Below are positions 19,452 to 31,237 of a DNA stretch of 64,000 nt, one piece after another. The stretch comes from Balneola sp. (GTDB taxonomy: Bacteria > Bacteroidota > Rhodothermia > Balneolales > Balneolaceae). Where the stretch lies: NCBI GenBank assembly GCA_965284405.1, contig OZ260081.1:2209732-2273731 (forward strand), read 5' to 3'. The notes beneath the pieces were generated by a model. It saw only the letters and a program-made list of their open reading frames with translations, was not told the origin of the DNA and searched no databases. The stretch's first letter is position 1. Each line of letters starts with the position of its first letter. Made by a program: the position numbers and the translations under genes.

Positions 19452-20927
19452 ATGAACGATTCTTCTCCTTTTGAACGCATCACCCGACAAGGGCTTACTT
19501 ATGATGACGTCTTATTAGTACCCAATTATTCAAAAATATTACCAAGAGATGTGGATTTAAGTGTTCAGCTTACGCCAACTCTTAAATTGAACATTCCCAT
19601 TGTTAGTGCAGCCATGGATACAGTTTCTGAATACCGATTAGCAATTGCTCTTGCTCGGGAAGGTGGAATTGCGATGCTTCACAAAAACATGACCATTGAA
19701 GAGCAAGCTGAACAAGTTCGTTTGGTAAAAAGAAGCGAAAGTGGAATGATTGTCGATCCGGTTACTCTGGATGAAAACTCTACGGTAAAGGATGCACGCT
19801 CTTTAATGCGTATGCACAAAATTGGTGGGATACCCATTGTAGATGATAAAGGGATTTTAATCGGTATCGTTACAAATCGTGATCTTCGTTTTGAGTCTGA
19901 TATGACGAAAAAGCTGGGAGAGATCATGACTAAAGAAGATCTTTACACTGCAAAAGAAGGAACTACTCTTAAACAAGCAGAGAAGATCCTTCAACACTTT
20001 AAAGTGGAAAAATTGCCAATCGTAGATTCGAAGAACAAATTGGTTGGATTGATCACTTTCAAGGATATTGAAAAGAAAATGAATTTTCCGAATGCTTGTA
20101 AAGATAATTTGGGCAGACTGAGAGTTGGAGCAGCCGTTGGTGTTACAGCAGATACAATGGAAAGGGTAGAGGCTTTAGTGAATGCCGGAGTGGATGTAAT
20201 TACAGTAGACACAGCACACGGACATTCTGATGGGGTACTTCAAACCGTTTCAAGAATAAAAGCTGAATATCCACATTTAAATGTTATTGGTGGTAACATC
20301 GCCACCAGAGCAGCTGCAGAAGCATTAGTTCAAGCAGGTGCAGATGTTGTAAAAGTTGGTGTTGGTCCAGGGTCTATTTGTACCACCAGAGTGGTTACAG
20401 GAGTTGGAGTTCCACAACTTAGCGCAGTAATGGAAGTGGCAGAATTTTGTAGAGAACAAGGAGTGGGGTTAATTGCTGATGGCGGAATCAAACAAACCGG
20501 AGATATCCCAAAAGCGATAGCCGGGGGAGCTGATGTTGTAATGATGGGTTCTATGTTTGCCGGCGTGGATGAAAGTCCGGGAGAGACTATTATATATGAA
20601 TCCCGTAAGTATAAATCATACCGTGGTATGGGAAGTATCGGAGCAATGAAGAAAGGCTCCAAAGACAGATATTTTCAGGACGTGGAAGATGATATCAATA
20701 AACTAGTTCCTGAAGGGATTGAAGGCCGCGTTCCGTTTAAAGGCTATCTAGGTGAAGTAGTTCACCAAATGACAGGTGGTTTACGAGCTGCAATGGGGTA
20801 TTGCGGTGCAGAAAATATTGAAGGAATGAAAACGGCAGAATTTGTTCAAATTTCAGCGGCTTCATATAAAGAAAGTCATCCTCATTCAGTTCAAATAACA
20901 AAAGAAGCACCGAATTACTCGGTGTAA
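19452..20927 (+). CDS. guaB: Inosine-5'-monophosphate dehydrogenase
   Basis: [10 protein letters not shown], tandem CBS domains, catalytic [14 protein letters not shown]. Confidence 0.98.
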   Translation: MNDSSPFERITRQGLTYDDVLLVPNYSKILPRDVDLSVQLTPTLKLNIPIVSAAMDTVSEYRLAIALAREGGIAMLHKNMTIEEQAEQVRLVKRSESGMIVDPVTLDENSTVKDARSLMRMHKIGGIPIVDDKGILIGIVTNRDLRFESDMTKKLGEIMTKEDLYTAKEGTTLKQAEKILQHFKVEKLPIVDSKNKLVGLITFKDIEKKMNFPNACKDNLGRLRVGAAVGVTADTMERVEALVNAGVDVITVDTAHGHSDGVLQTVSRIKAEYPHLNVIGGNIATRAAAEALVQAGADVVKVGVGPGSICTTRVVTGVGVPQLSAVMEVAEFCREQGVGLIADGGIKQTGDIPKAIAGGADVVMMGSMFAGVDESPGETIIYESRKYKSYRGMGSIGAMKKGSKDRYFQDVEDDINKLVPEGIEGRVPFKGYLGEVVHQMTGGLRAAMGYCGAENIEGMKTAEFVQISAASYKESHPHSVQITKEAPNYSV

Positions 20928-20930
20928 TTT

Positions 20931-22232
20931 TTGAGCTTGATGAAAAATGTACTCTTTATTGTCTACTACTTTCCGCCGATGGGAGGTAGTGGAGTTCAGA
21001 GGCCATTAAAATTCGCCAAGTACTTAAAAGAGTTCGGATGGAATCCGATTATTCTGTGCCCTGAGCCTGGTGTTTACCAATTATTTGACCATTCCTTAGA
21101 GCAAGAGCTTGAAAGCTTAGACTTGGAAATTCATAGAGTCAAAGCAAATACACCCTTCCACAAATTCGGTGGTGTTAAGAAACAAACCGGCTTGGTTACC
21201 GGGGTGATTTCTAAAGTCTTAAGGCTTATTTCAAGAAAGATCTATTTCCCCGATAACAAAAAAGCTTGGATCGAACCGGCAGTCCAAAAGGGGAAAGAAT
21301 TAATAGATGATAAAAAGATTGATCTGATCTTTAGTACTGCCCCGCCTTTCAGTAATCATATTATTGCTCAACAATTAAATGAGTTGACAGATATTCCTTA
21401 TGTTTTAGATTATCGGGATCTTTTTACGGGAAATCATTTTGAAGAAAATGAATCTGAATCCAGAAAATTGAAGAAGAAAGCGGCAGAAAGTGAATGGCTG
21501 AGACATTCTTCAGGGATAGTTGCGCTGGATCGATTTGCCGGAGACCGTATACTAGAAGTATTGACCTCCAAAACTCTGAATATGGAGATCGTATCCCACG
21601 GATTTGATCAGGAGGATTTTGATTCCCATAGAAATACTTCACTAGAGTATAAAAAAGGAAAACTCAATTGGTTATACAGCGGGCTTTTTTATGAGGCAAA
21701 CCAACCTGATATATTTTTAAATGGACTGAAAGAACTTTTCACTAAAAAGCCTGAACTAAAAGAGAAGACACATCTTCATTTTCAAGGAGGATTGGATTCC
21801 AGGATCAAAAAGCTAATCAGCAATCTGGAATTTGAAGATATCGTATCAAACTATGGATATCTTTCTCATGATATTTCAGCTGCTAATTTATTAAAAGCAG
21901 ATATTTTGTGGATGGTTTCAAATTTTTCTGAAAATCTGAAACAGATCAAATCCGGAAAACTCTTTGAATATATAGGAACAAAAAAGCCAATTTTAGGTTT
22001 GGTTCATCCCGGTGAAGCTTCAAAGTTACTCGATGATTATAAAGCTGGTTTCCATGCAGCTCCGGATAACATTTATGACGTAACTAATACTTTAGAAGAA
22101 GTGTATGAGTTGTGGGCGAAGGCTAAAATCCCTGAAGCTTCTAAGAAGTTTGCCGAGATGTATGAAAGAAAAAGTTTAACTAATAAATTGTCTTTATTTT
22201 TTGATAAAGTAGTGGAGAATGCGCAAGTTTAA
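20931..22232 (+). CDS. Glycosyltransferase family 4 (GT-B)
   Basis: VLFIVYYFPPMGGSGVQR N-terminus, STAPP, SGKLFEYIG C-terminal motif. Confidence 0.85.
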   Translation: MSLMKNVLFIVYYFPPMGGSGVQRPLKFAKYLKEFGWNPIILCPEPGVYQLFDHSLEQELESLDLEIHRVKANTPFHKFGGVKKQTGLVTGVISKVLRLISRKIYFPDNKKAWIEPAVQKGKELIDDKKIDLIFSTAPPFSNHIIAQQLNELTDIPYVLDYRDLFTGNHFEENESESRKLKKKAAESEWLRHSSGIVALDRFAGDRILEVLTSKTLNMEIVSHGFDQEDFDSHRNTSLEYKKGKLNWLYSGLFYEANQPDIFLNGLKELFTKKPELKEKTHLHFQGGLDSRIKKLISNLEFEDIVSNYGYLSHDISAANLLKADILWMVSNFSENLKQIKSGKLFEYIGTKKPILGLVHPGEASKLLDDYKAGFHAAPDNIYDVTNTLEEVYELWAKAKIPEASKKFAEMYERKSLTNKLSLFFDKVVENAQV

Positions 22233-22235
22233 AAT

Positions 22236-23096
22236 ATGAGAGCATTTATAAAGAGACTTTTTAAAGATCGTCATAAATCCGTTGAAATTATTTTACTTGA
22301 CGACAGTAAACCCGGTCAGGACGATTCTTATAAAATTAAGCCTAATAACCTGTTTATGAGCTTCACGGTGTTATCCGTGATCTTTTCTGTATTAGTTGCT
22401 ATGATATTTATGCTTACTCCACTAGGTGGTTTGTTATATAATACTGATGAAATAGAAATAAGAAGAGAGATTCAAGGTATTTCTGAAAGATTAATATCAC
22501 TTCAGGATTCTTTGGATGTTAGGGATCAGCAGCTCAGAGAGATAAAAGAAGTTATAAGATTAAATAAAGATACTACATTGACCTTGGATGAGAGATTGAG
22601 CTCCATTTCTTCAATTGAAAACTCTAATAATTCATCCTCCTCCATATCTTCATTTTCAAATTTAAGTGTTTCAGATATGTTTGAAAGTGGAAGCTTGGTT
22701 TTAGCAAATGTAATAGAAAATGCTCCTGATTTTCCAACTCAGGCTCCGGCTAAAGGAACTCGTACGAGAGGTTATGAACCACTTGAGGGTCATTTCGGTT
22801 TAGATATTGCTACCAAGGAAAATGATATTTTTATGAATATTGCAGACGGTACGGTAATATCCAGTAGCTGGACAATAGATTTCGGTTATGTGATCTCAGT
22901 TCAACATAAAGACGGACTGGTAAGTACATATAAGCACTGTTCAAAATTATATAAAACAAAAGGAGAGAAAGTTTTCAAGGGAGATGTACTTGGTCTTATA
23001 GGGAATACCGGAATTTCAAGTTCAGGACCACATCTTCATTTTGAGATTTGGAAAAATGGGGTTTCACAAAATCCATTAGCCTATTTAATTTTTTAA
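22236..23096 (+). CDS. M23 family metallopeptidase
   Basis: TM helix and coiled coil, then HFGLD, YKHC and HLHFE zinc motifs. Confidence 0.9.
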   Translation: MRAFIKRLFKDRHKSVEIILLDDSKPGQDDSYKIKPNNLFMSFTVLSVIFSVLVAMIFMLTPLGGLLYNTDEIEIRREIQGISERLISLQDSLDVRDQQLREIKEVIRLNKDTTLTLDERLSSISSIENSNNSSSSISSFSNLSVSDMFESGSLVLANVIENAPDFPTQAPAKGTRTRGYEPLEGHFGLDIATKENDIFMNIADGTVISSSWTIDFGYVISVQHKDGLVSTYKHCSKLYKTKGEKVFKGDVLGLIGNTGISSSGPHLHFEIWKNGVSQNPLAYLIF

Positions 23097-23542
23097 TGAG
23101 TATGTTTAACAAAAATAAAAAGAGTAAAACCGTGAGTAATTCTACAAATCAGTCACCTTCAGTAAATATTATTAATGAGGGTACCAAAATAAAAGGAAAC
23201 CTACAGGCTAACTCGGATATCCGTGTAAGTGGTACTATTGTAGGTGAGGCCATTTCTAAAGGCAAGATCATACTTACTAATAATGGTTTGGTGAAGGGCA
23301 ATGTTTCGTCATCTGATGCAGATATAGCTGGTAAAGTTGAAGGAGATGTGAAAGTAAATAGCCGTCTTATCCTGAGGAAGGAAGCAATTATCGACGGAAA
23401 TATTTTTACAAAAACATTGGTAGTAGAGGAAGGTGCTCAAATAAACGGAACTTGCAAGATGGGTTCTGATGTAAAAAATCTATCTCAAACTAATGATTCT
23501 GAATATGCTGAAGAGACTCAGCTAAAAGGGGTTAAGGCGTAA
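23096..23542 (+). CDS. Bactofilin (polymer-forming cytoskeletal protein)
   Basis: IINEGTKIKGNL...IRVSGTIVG...VKGNV...I.G.V.G beta-helix repeats. TAATG overlap with the M23 stop. Confidence 0.9.
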   Translation: MSMFNKNKKSKTVSNSTNQSPSVNIINEGTKIKGNLQANSDIRVSGTIVGEAISKGKIILTNNGLVKGNVSSSDADIAGKVEGDVKVNSRLILRKEAIIDGNIFTKTLVVEEGAQINGTCKMGSDVKNLSQTNDSEYAEETQLKGVKA

Positions 23543-23545
23543 CGA

Positions 23546-23761
23546 ATGCAGTTGCCTGAAGAATACAGGGAGCACCTGAATCTTGGCGCTGAAATTGCAT
23601 TCACTCTTTTAATACCAATAGGAGTAGGATACGTTCTGGATAAATACCTGGAAACTTCTCCTTATGGTATGTTAATCGGAGCCGGATTGGGGATAATTTT
23701 ATTCTTTAATTTGGTTTTTAAACTCGCAAAAAATGAGGGAGGTAATAATCAGAATAAGTGA
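23546..23761 (+). CDS. AtpZ/AtpI family protein
   Basis: Two TM helices, GYVLDKYLETSPYGMLIG motif, first gene of the atp operon. Confidence 0.85.
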   Translation: MQLPEEYREHLNLGAEIAFTLLIPIGVGYVLDKYLETSPYGMLIGAGLGIILFFNLVFKLAKNEGGNNQNK

Positions 23762-24123
23762 TAAAAAAACTCATAAAATTTAATGTGATCCCGCTCATAC
23801 TCGCGCTGATCTCTCCGTTTTTTTTACCCGTTGATCCCGCTGTAGCGGTAATTTGTGGCTTTGTTTTAAGTCTTATTTTTATTTTAAGCAGTGCCTGGGT
23901 GCTTGATAATTTCTGGAATGCTGACTCTAAGTTATTTATACAGGTTTTTTTCTTCTCTATGGCTATTCGATTCTTGCTAGTTTTGGCAGCTCTGGGAATT
24001 TTACTCGGAATCACAAAAATTGATAATATCTACTTTACAGTTAGTTTCATAATTTCCTATCTTTATCATTCTGTAATGGAAATGATTTTTATCAATCAAA
24101 TACTTCTCAAAAAGAAGCAATAA
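23758..24123 (+). CDS. atpI: ATP synthase protein I-like membrane protein
   Basis: Four TM helices, located between atpZ and atpB. Confidence 0.65.
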   Translation: MIKKLIKFNVIPLILALISPFFLPVDPAVAVICGFVLSLIFILSSAWVLDNFWNADSKLFIQVFFFSMAIRFLLVLAALGILLGITKIDNIYFTVSFIISYLYHSVMEMIFINQILLKKKQ

Positions 24124-24130
24124 TTTAGAA

Positions 24131-25183
24131 ATGATCCAGACTTTTCGTCGTCTATTTTTGACTATCTTGTTTTTATCGGTGAGTACACCAAATCTCTTAG
24201 CTGCTGATGATGCTGAGGAGAAAAGCGAATCCCCAATTGATATAATGGGAACTGTCGCTGACCATGATTATTTTAAATTCTTTGGTAAAAAATTGTATTT
24301 ACCAAGAATTATTTATTGGGCTGATGAAGAAGGTAATTCTCGGTTCGATACTTTTGCAAGCACAGAGAAAGCTATTGAGTCTGGCTTATTTGAAGATGTG
24401 GATCATGCGCTTGTGGCTACAAACGGTGCAATAAAAGTAGACTTCTCAATTACTTCTCATTTGATTTATTTTTGGTTTGGTCTTGGGGCGGTAGCTTTAT
24501 TCACAATGTTTGCAGGAAGTAGGTATAGAAAGGGAGTTGGTAAAGAAGTTGAGCCTAAAGGTGCTCTTCAGAATTTGTTTGAGGTTTTCTTTGTTTTTAT
24601 TCGTGATGAAGTAGCAAGGCCAAATATAGATGATAAAAAAGCTGACAAATATGTTCCTTATTTGTTTACCGTATTTATGGCTATTGCATTTATGAATACC
24701 TTTGGTTTGTTGCCATGGGCTGCAACGGCAACAGCAGATATAACTGTTACAGCTGTATTAGCATTTTTTACTTTTGTGATTACTCAATTTAGTGGAACTA
24801 AAGATCACTGGACGCATGTTTTTTGGTTTCCGGGAGTTCCTTTGGGAGTCAAGTTTTTAATGATCCCGGTTGAGCTGATTGGTTTAATTACAAAACCATT
24901 TGCGCTTGCAATTCGACTTTTTGCAAATATGATGTCCGGTAAAATAATGATCATAGCGATCTTAGGACTTATATTTATTTTCAATGATATGTATGGAAGC
25001 GTTGCGGCTTATGGAGTGAGTGTATTTAGTGTATCCATGACTGCTATACTATACATATTAAAACTCTTTGTATCGCTTTTGCAGGCTTATATTTTCACAT
25101 TACTTTCTGCGGTATTTATCGGAATGGCAGCAGAAAGTCATGATCATGATGAAGAACATTATCATGCTGAACACGCAGCATAA
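24131..25183 (+). CDS. atpB: F0 subunit a
   Basis: KPFALAIRLFANM (conserved Arg) and LQAYIF. N-terminal signal-like extension typical of FCB-group AtpB. Confidence 0.96.
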   Translation: MIQTFRRLFLTILFLSVSTPNLLAADDAEEKSESPIDIMGTVADHDYFKFFGKKLYLPRIIYWADEEGNSRFDTFASTEKAIESGLFEDVDHALVATNGAIKVDFSITSHLIYFWFGLGAVALFTMFAGSRYRKGVGKEVEPKGALQNLFEVFFVFIRDEVARPNIDDKKADKYVPYLFTVFMAIAFMNTFGLLPWAATATADITVTAVLAFFTFVITQFSGTKDHWTHVFWFPGVPLGVKFLMIPVELIGLITKPFALAIRLFANMMSGKIMIIAILGLIFIFNDMYGSVAAYGVSVFSVSMTAILYILKLFVSLLQAYIFTLLSAVFIGMAAESHDHDEEHYHAEHAA

Positions 25184-25210
25184 TTAATTAATAAAACCCC
25201 TAACTAATAA

Positions 25211-25438
<228 letters not shown>

Positions 25439-25447
25439 TAGGAAGCA

Positions 25448-25960
25448 ATGACTTATCTATTAGCGGGCGGAGGACTTTTATCATTTAACACCGGATTTGC
25501 AATTTGGATAGCGATATCTCTGATCGTATTTCTGTTTATAATGATAAAATTTGCTCTTCCTCCTATCATGAAGGCGCTCAATGAGCGTGAAGCAAAGATC
25601 AAAAATTCGTTAGAATCAGCTGAAAAAGCTTTAGCAAAAGCTGAGCAGATTTCTAAGGATAACGATATTGCTCTTCGTGAGGCAGAGGCTAAAGCGCAAA
25701 AAATCCGTAAGGAAGCTTTAGAAGAAGCAGATATTCTTCGTTCAGAGCGAATTTCAAAAGCAAAAGATGAGGCTACTCAAATAATAGAGCAGGCTAAAGC
25801 CGCTATTGAGCAAGAAAAGAAGCAGGCGTTATTGGAACTTCGAAATGAAGTTGCTCAATTAGCTATCAAATCTGCTTCTGTGATCATCGATGCGGAACTA
25901 GATAACGATAAGAACAACAAGCTGGTCGATAATTTTATTACCGACCTGTCAAAAAACTAA
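25448..25960 (+). CDS. atpF: F0 subunit b
   Basis: N-terminal TM, PPIMKALNERE, long Ala/Glu/Lys coiled coil. Confidence 0.95.
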   Translation: MTYLLAGGGLLSFNTGFAIWIAISLIVFLFIMIKFALPPIMKALNEREAKIKNSLESAEKALAKAEQISKDNDIALREAEAKAQKIRKEALEEADILRSERISKAKDEATQIIEQAKAAIEQEKKQALLELRNEVAQLAIKSASVIIDAELDNDKNNKLVDNFITDLSKN

Positions 25961-25969
25961 GCTTAGCTG

Positions 25970-26518
25970 ATGTTGGTATCAAAAGCAGCAAAACGTTACG
26001 CAACAGCACTTCTTGAAAGTGCTGTTGAGCAGAATTCGATTGAGAATACTTTGAAGGATATTCATTTCATCAAAGCAACTATCGAAGGCTCTAAGGAATT
26101 AAGAATGTTTCTTAAAAGCCCTGTTGTAAAACCGGCTGATAAGCGAAATGCTTTATCCTCAATTTTTGATGATAAAGTATCAAAAGAAGTTTCTCGGTTT
26201 ATTGGTTTGCTTACCAATAAGGGTAGAGAAAATATTCTTGATGAAGTAGCTACTGCGTTTATAGATGTTTACAATGTTCATGCTGGAATCATAACAGTTG
26301 AAGTAAAAACTGCAAAAGCATTAGAAGCAGGACAGATTACTGAACTGACAAAAATGCTTGAAAGAACTACTTCAAAAACAGTAAATCTTGATCTTAAAGA
26401 GCAAGAAGAGCTGAGAGGTGGGATTTCAGTTAAAATTGATGACACTGTAATTGATGCTACAGTTAAGCATAAGCTAGAACAGCTTGAAACAAGATTCCTC
26501 GCATCATCGATGGAATAA
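25970..26518 (+). CDS. atpH: F1 subunit delta
   Basis: AAKRYATALL and LRGG...IDDTVIDATV motifs. Confidence 0.95.
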   Translation: MLVSKAAKRYATALLESAVEQNSIENTLKDIHFIKATIEGSKELRMFLKSPVVKPADKRNALSSIFDDKVSKEVSRFIGLLTNKGRENILDEVATAFIDVYNVHAGIITVEVKTAKALEAGQITELTKMLERTTSKTVNLDLKEQEELRGGISVKIDDTVIDATVKHKLEQLETRFLASSME

Positions 26519-26553
26519 CAAGAATTTGAAAAGATTTAGAAATTAATAATACA

Positions 26554-28170
26554 ATGAGCCAAGTCAGACCAGACGAAGTTTCAGCCATATTACGTAAACA
26601 ATTAAGCGGTTTCGACAACGAAGCTGATGTTTATGATGTAGGTACCGTACTTGAAGTAGGTGACGGTATTGCACGTGTTTATGGCCTCTCTAAAGTGCAA
26701 GCGGGTGAGCTTGTGGAATTACCGGATTCTAAAGATGAAAATGGTAATAACATAACAGGAATGGTACTAAACCTTGAAGAAGACAACGTGGGTATTGTGT
26801 TGTTCGGTTCCTCAAGTTCTGTAAAAGAAGGCCATACTGTTAAAAGAACTCAAGACATTGCATCTATTAATGTAGGTGAAGGTGTTTTAGGTCGTGTTAT
26901 TGATCCACTTGGAAACCCAATTGATGGTAAAGGTCCAATAACAGGAGATACTATTAAGTTGCCTCTAGAGCGTAAAGCTCCTGGTGTAATTTACCGTGAG
27001 CCGGTAGCCGAGCCATTACAAACAGGTATCAAAGCAATTGATTCTTTGATCCCAATTGGTAGAGGACAGCGTGAGCTTATTATTGGTGACCGTCAGACAG
27101 GTAAAACTTCTGTTGCAATTGACACTATTCTAAATCAGAAAGCAACTCAGGATTCTGATAAGCCTGTTTTCTGTATTTATGTAGCAATTGGTCAGAAAGG
27201 TTCAACAGTTGCAGGTATTAAGCAAGTTCTTGAAGAAAATGGGGCAATGGATTACACTGTAGTTGTATCTGCTCCTGCAAGTTCATCTGCTCCAATGCAG
27301 TATATCGCGCCATTTGCCGGTGCAGCTGTTGGAGAGTACATTCGTGATACTGGTCGTCACGCATTGGTAATTTATGATGATCTTTCTAAGCAAGCTGTTG
27401 CATACCGTGAGATGTCTCTACTATTGAAAAGACCTCCGGGACGTGAAGCTTATCCGGGTGATGTATTCTATCTTCACAGTCGTTTACTTGAGCGTTCTGC
27501 TAAGATCATTAATGATAATAAAGTAGCTCAGGCAATGAACAACATACCTGAAGGCTTAAGGCCAATGGTAAAAGGTGGTGGATCACTAACAGCACTTCCT
27601 GTTATTGAAACACAAGCGGGTGACGTTTCTGCTTACATCCCGACAAACGTAATTTCTATTACTGATGGTCAGATCTTTTTGGATACTGACTTATTTAACT
27701 CTGGTATTCGTCCTGCAATCGATGTTGGTACTTCAGTATCTCGTGTGGGTGGATCTGCTCAGGTTAAATCGATGAAGAAACTATCAGGTACATTGAAGCT
27801 TGATTTAGCTCAGTATCGTGAATTAGAAGCTTTTGCTAAGTTCGGATCTGATCTTGATGCTGCTACTCAAGCTCAATTGAGAAAAGGTGAAAGAACGGTA
27901 GAGCTATTGAAGCAAGATGTTTATCAACCACTTCAGGTTGAAAGACAGATCGTTCTGCTGAAAGTTAATGATGCAGGACTTCTTGACAAGTTACCTGTTG
28001 ATCTAATTAGCGAATTTGAAACACAATTCCTTGAGACTGTTTTGTCAAAGTACAGCACAGAAATGGAAGATTTAGCGAAATCCGGTATACTAACTGATGA
28101 ATTTGGAACTAAGGTTCTTGATTCAGCAAATACGGTTATCGATCAAATTTTAGCTGGACAAGAAGCTTAA
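26554..28170 (+). CDS. atpA: F1 subunit alpha
   Basis: [31 protein letters not shown]-type motif, and the FCB-type insertion before GGGSLTALP. Confidence 0.99.
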   Translation: MSQVRPDEVSAILRKQLSGFDNEADVYDVGTVLEVGDGIARVYGLSKVQAGELVELPDSKDENGNNITGMVLNLEEDNVGIVLFGSSSSVKEGHTVKRTQDIASINVGEGVLGRVIDPLGNPIDGKGPITGDTIKLPLERKAPGVIYREPVAEPLQTGIKAIDSLIPIGRGQRELIIGDRQTGKTSVAIDTILNQKATQDSDKPVFCIYVAIGQKGSTVAGIKQVLEENGAMDYTVVVSAPASSSAPMQYIAPFAGAAVGEYIRDTGRHALVIYDDLSKQAVAYREMSLLLKRPPGREAYPGDVFYLHSRLLERSAKIINDNKVAQAMNNIPEGLRPMVKGGGSLTALPVIETQAGDVSAYIPTNVISITDGQIFLDTDLFNSGIRPAIDVGTSVSRVGGSAQVKSMKKLSGTLKLDLAQYRELEAFAKFGSDLDAATQAQLRKGERTVELLKQDVYQPLQVERQIVLLKVNDAGLLDKLPVDLISEFETQFLETVLSKYSTEMEDLAKSGILTDEFGTKVLDSANTVIDQILAGQEA

Positions 28171-28173
28171 TCT

Positions 28174-29064
28174 ATGGCTAATTTACGCGACATAAGAAAC
28201 AGAATTAGTTCTGTAAACAGCACACAGCAAATAACCAAAGCAATGAAAATGGTTGCTGCTGCTAAACTTAGGAAAGCTCAGGAACGGATGACAAAGACCC
28301 GTCCTTATGCTGCTAAGATACAGAATGTTGTTGGTCGTTTAGCTGATAGTGGAAGTATTACCAGCCCTCTTGTTGAGAAATCTGAGACCAACCAAAATCT
28401 GCTATTTATTGTAGTAGGTTCTGACAGAGGACTTTGTGGTGGATTCAACAACAATCTTTTTAAAGAGCTTGAAAAAAGTTTAGTAAAGAACTTTTCTAGT
28501 CAACTAGAAGCAGGAACTGTTTCTCTTATAACGATTGGAAAGAAAGCTACAGCTTACTTTAAGAAGAGAAGTTATAATGTAGTTGAATCTTTTCCGGGTT
28601 TCTTTGATACTATTGAATATGATCCAACTTCAGCGATCATGGAATCTGCTACTAACGATTTTGTTAAAGGTAGCTATGATGAAGTTTATATTGTATTTAA
28701 TGAGTTTAGATCTGTGATAGCTCAGAACAGAAAGATCGATAAAGTATTACCTATCGATCCGGATAGTTTTGAAGTTAAATCAGGGGGTGATTCTAAAACT
28801 TCAATTGACTATATTTACGAGCCAAATTCTGAAGCAATTTTAGATAAGTTATTGCCACTTCATTTGAACACTCAATTGTGGAAAGCGGTACTAGAATCTA
28901 ATGCTTCTGAGCAAGGTGCAAGAATGTCTGCAATGGATAGTGCTACAGAAAACGCAAAAGAATTAGAGCGTAATCTTAAGCTTAAATATAACCAAGCAAG
29001 ACAAAGTGCTATTACAACTGAAATCTCTGAGATCGTTTCCGGTGCACAAGCACTTAGTGAATAA
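28174..29064 (+). CDS. atpG: F1 subunit gamma
   Basis: QITKAMKMVAAAKL, SDRGLCGGFN, RQSAITTEISEIVSGA. Confidence 0.98.
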   Translation: MANLRDIRNRISSVNSTQQITKAMKMVAAAKLRKAQERMTKTRPYAAKIQNVVGRLADSGSITSPLVEKSETNQNLLFIVVGSDRGLCGGFNNNLFKELEKSLVKNFSSQLEAGTVSLITIGKKATAYFKKRSYNVVESFPGFFDTIEYDPTSAIMESATNDFVKGSYDEVYIVFNEFRSVIAQNRKIDKVLPIDPDSFEVKSGGDSKTSIDYIYEPNSEAILDKLLPLHLNTQLWKAVLESNASEQGARMSAMDSATENAKELERNLKLKYNQARQSAITTEISEIVSGAQALSE

Positions 29065-29096
29065 TTAGATTCAGTTTTATTTATTGATATTTCGAC

Positions 29097-29181
29097 GGAG
29101 AGTTGGCAGAGTGGTCGAATGCGGCGGTCTTGAAAACCGTTGTGCCGCAAGGTACCGGGGGTTCGAATCCCTCACTCTCCG
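29097..29181 (+). tRNA. tRNA-Ser (anticodon TGA), CCA not encoded
   Basis: Acceptor stem GGAGAGT/ACTCTCC + G discriminator, anticodon loop CTTGAAA, long variable arm, T-loop GGTTCGAATCC. Confidence 0.97.
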
Positions 29182-29189
29182 CATTTTTT

Positions 29190-29217
29190 AAATAGCCCGT
29201 TAAGGGCTATTTTTGTT
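29190..29217 (+). terminator. Rho-independent terminator after atp operon/tRNA-Ser
   Basis: AAATAGCCC-GTTAA-GGGCTATTT followed by a T tract. Confidence 0.8.
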
Positions 29218-29261
29218 TAAATAATTGATACTTTGTTGCGTTACAAGCACAAAATAATTCT

Positions 29262-30641
29262 ATGAAAAAAATCTTTTCTATTTTCTTCTTTTTCATTTTA
29301 GTATCGGTGCAGGCAGTTTATGCTCAGGATACTTTGGAAATTTCACTCCGCGATTTTATTGATCTTGGTTTAAGCAATTCAGGACAAATAAAATATGACA
29401 AAACAAGTGTCGATCTAGCGGAGAACAGAGTAAGCTCAGCTAAGGATCAGCGATTTTTACCTAGTCTTAATTTCAGATCCGAGCATGCACTAGTTCCAGG
29501 TGTATCATCACCCGGTAATTTTCCGGAAGAAGAGATCTATTTGGATCCAAACGCAAAAAATGACTGGGACAAAGTTGGCGTATTCAATCGCCTTAGAATT
29601 ACGGGAGTTCAGCCGGTATTTACATGGGGCTCAATAAATAAAGCAATATCAGCAGCTGAAGAAGCAGTGAAGGCAACTGAGTTCGAATTTCAGGCCAAGA
29701 AAGAAGATATGGAGGTGCGTTTATTTGAGTTGTACTATAGCTATGTACTCGCTTTGGAAATTGAACGCTTGCTTAAGGATGCAGAAGATAAGATCAATCA
29801 GATTGAAAATTCTTTAGATGATGCTCAGGAAGAAGGAGATGATATTGATGAGACTGATGTCTATAAATTCAAAGTTTTTAAAGCACAATTTGGTATTCAA
29901 AAAGCTGAAGTAGATGAAAGTTTAGTTTTCGTAAAACAAACCTGGGAGTATATTCTGAGGAATGAAAACGGTACTATATATATACCTTCAATAAGATATT
30001 TAGATCCTTTAGCCGTAAAGCTTTCCGGATTAGATCACTACCAAAACAGTGCATTTTTAAATAGAAACGAATTACGTGGTATATCAACAGGAAAAGAAGC
30101 TTTGATGAAATATATTGACTATCAAAAAGCTAGTAATTTACCCGGCCTTTATTTAGGATTTACCACCACATTTGCATCAACACCAATTCGTCCAAGACAG
30201 CCAAATCCCTTTATAAGTACACCTGAGAATACTTTTAATACTGCTTTCGGGATTACAATAAGACAAAATTTAAATTTCTTTCAAGCCAAAACTCAACTAG
30301 ACAGAGTAAAGATAGAATTAAGAAAGATGGATTACTTATCCGAAGCTGCAAAAGATGGTATCCTCCTGGAAGTAAACCAAGCATACCAGAAAGCAGCTGT
30401 AGCTGAAGTTAAGGTTGAGAGAACAGATGAAGCTTTGCTTACCACAAAACAATGGTTGCGAATGGAACAACAGGACTATGATTTTGGTATAGGAGAAGTT
30501 AAAGACCTTATTGACGCCATGAAAATGGAACTTGAATTAAGACTTAAAGAGAAAGAAAGTATATTTGAATTCAATACATCCATGGCCAAACTAAATAATG
30601 CAGCGGGAATTCCGTTAGAATTACTACAAAAGAATAATTAA
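29262..30641 (+). CDS. TolC family outer membrane efflux protein
   Basis: Signal peptide, two OEP helical repeats (ISLRDFIDLGL...; YQKASNLPGLYL...; Y..G....DLIDA). Confidence 0.85.
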   Translation: MKKIFSIFFFFILVSVQAVYAQDTLEISLRDFIDLGLSNSGQIKYDKTSVDLAENRVSSAKDQRFLPSLNFRSEHALVPGVSSPGNFPEEEIYLDPNAKNDWDKVGVFNRLRITGVQPVFTWGSINKAISAAEEAVKATEFEFQAKKEDMEVRLFELYYSYVLALEIERLLKDAEDKINQIENSLDDAQEEGDDIDETDVYKFKVFKAQFGIQKAEVDESLVFVKQTWEYILRNENGTIYIPSIRYLDPLAVKLSGLDHYQNSAFLNRNELRGISTGKEALMKYIDYQKASNLPGLYLGFTTTFASTPIRPRQPNPFISTPENTFNTAFGITIRQNLNFFQAKTQLDRVKIELRKMDYLSEAAKDGILLEVNQAYQKAAVAEVKVERTDEALLTTKQWLRMEQQDYDFGIGEVKDLIDAMKMELELRLKEKESIFEFNTSMAKLNNAAGIPLELLQKNN

Positions 30642-30649
30642 TAGATAGA

Positions 30650-31237
30650 ATGAAAAGAAGAATATTTCCAATGTTGTTGTTTGTTTTTGGACTAGTAACA
30701 ATACTTCAGGCACAAACACCAAAAGAAGAGATCAAAACATTATTAGAACAAAGAGATCAACAAGTGAAGACTTTGCTCGGCCCAAAAGGTTCTGAATATA
30801 GTGACGAACAAAGAGCTGAAATAAAAGATATCATTAACGGAGTTATTGATTTTGAATCTATGGCTAAATACGCTCTTGAAGATACTTATGATACTTTGAG
30901 TACTGAGATTCAAACTGAATTCGTTGAACTATTTGCTACAATAGTAAGAGATCAATCGTTAAATAAATTAGATATATATCGTGCAGAGGTTACCTATAAT
31001 TCTATTACAGTTGATGGAAGTGAGGCGATGGTAAAAACTTTTGCAGAGCTGGATGACATCAGAACACCTGTGGATTATACAATGGTAATGAAAGGGGATG
31101 AGTGGGTAATTACAGACCTTATTCTGGATGAGGTTTCTACGGCCGAATCTTATAATCGTCAGTTCCAGCGTATTATTAAAAGGAAGGGCTTTGAATCATT
31201 ATTAAGTACATTGAGAAAAAGAGCAGCCAGAAGTTAG
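30650..31237 (+). CDS. MlaC/ttg2D/HpnM-like periplasmic lipid-binding protein
   Basis: Signal peptide, IDFESMAKYALE, F.ELF, VDY...W.ITDLILDEVS...SYNRQF..II pattern of the MlaC family. Confidence 0.85.
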   Translation: MKRRIFPMLLFVFGLVTILQAQTPKEEIKTLLEQRDQQVKTLLGPKGSEYSDEQRAEIKDIINGVIDFESMAKYALEDTYDTLSTEIQTEFVELFATIVRDQSLNKLDIYRAEVTYNSITVDGSEAMVKTFAELDDIRTPVDYTMVMKGDEWVITDLILDEVSTAESYNRQFQRIIKRKGFESLLSTLRKRAARS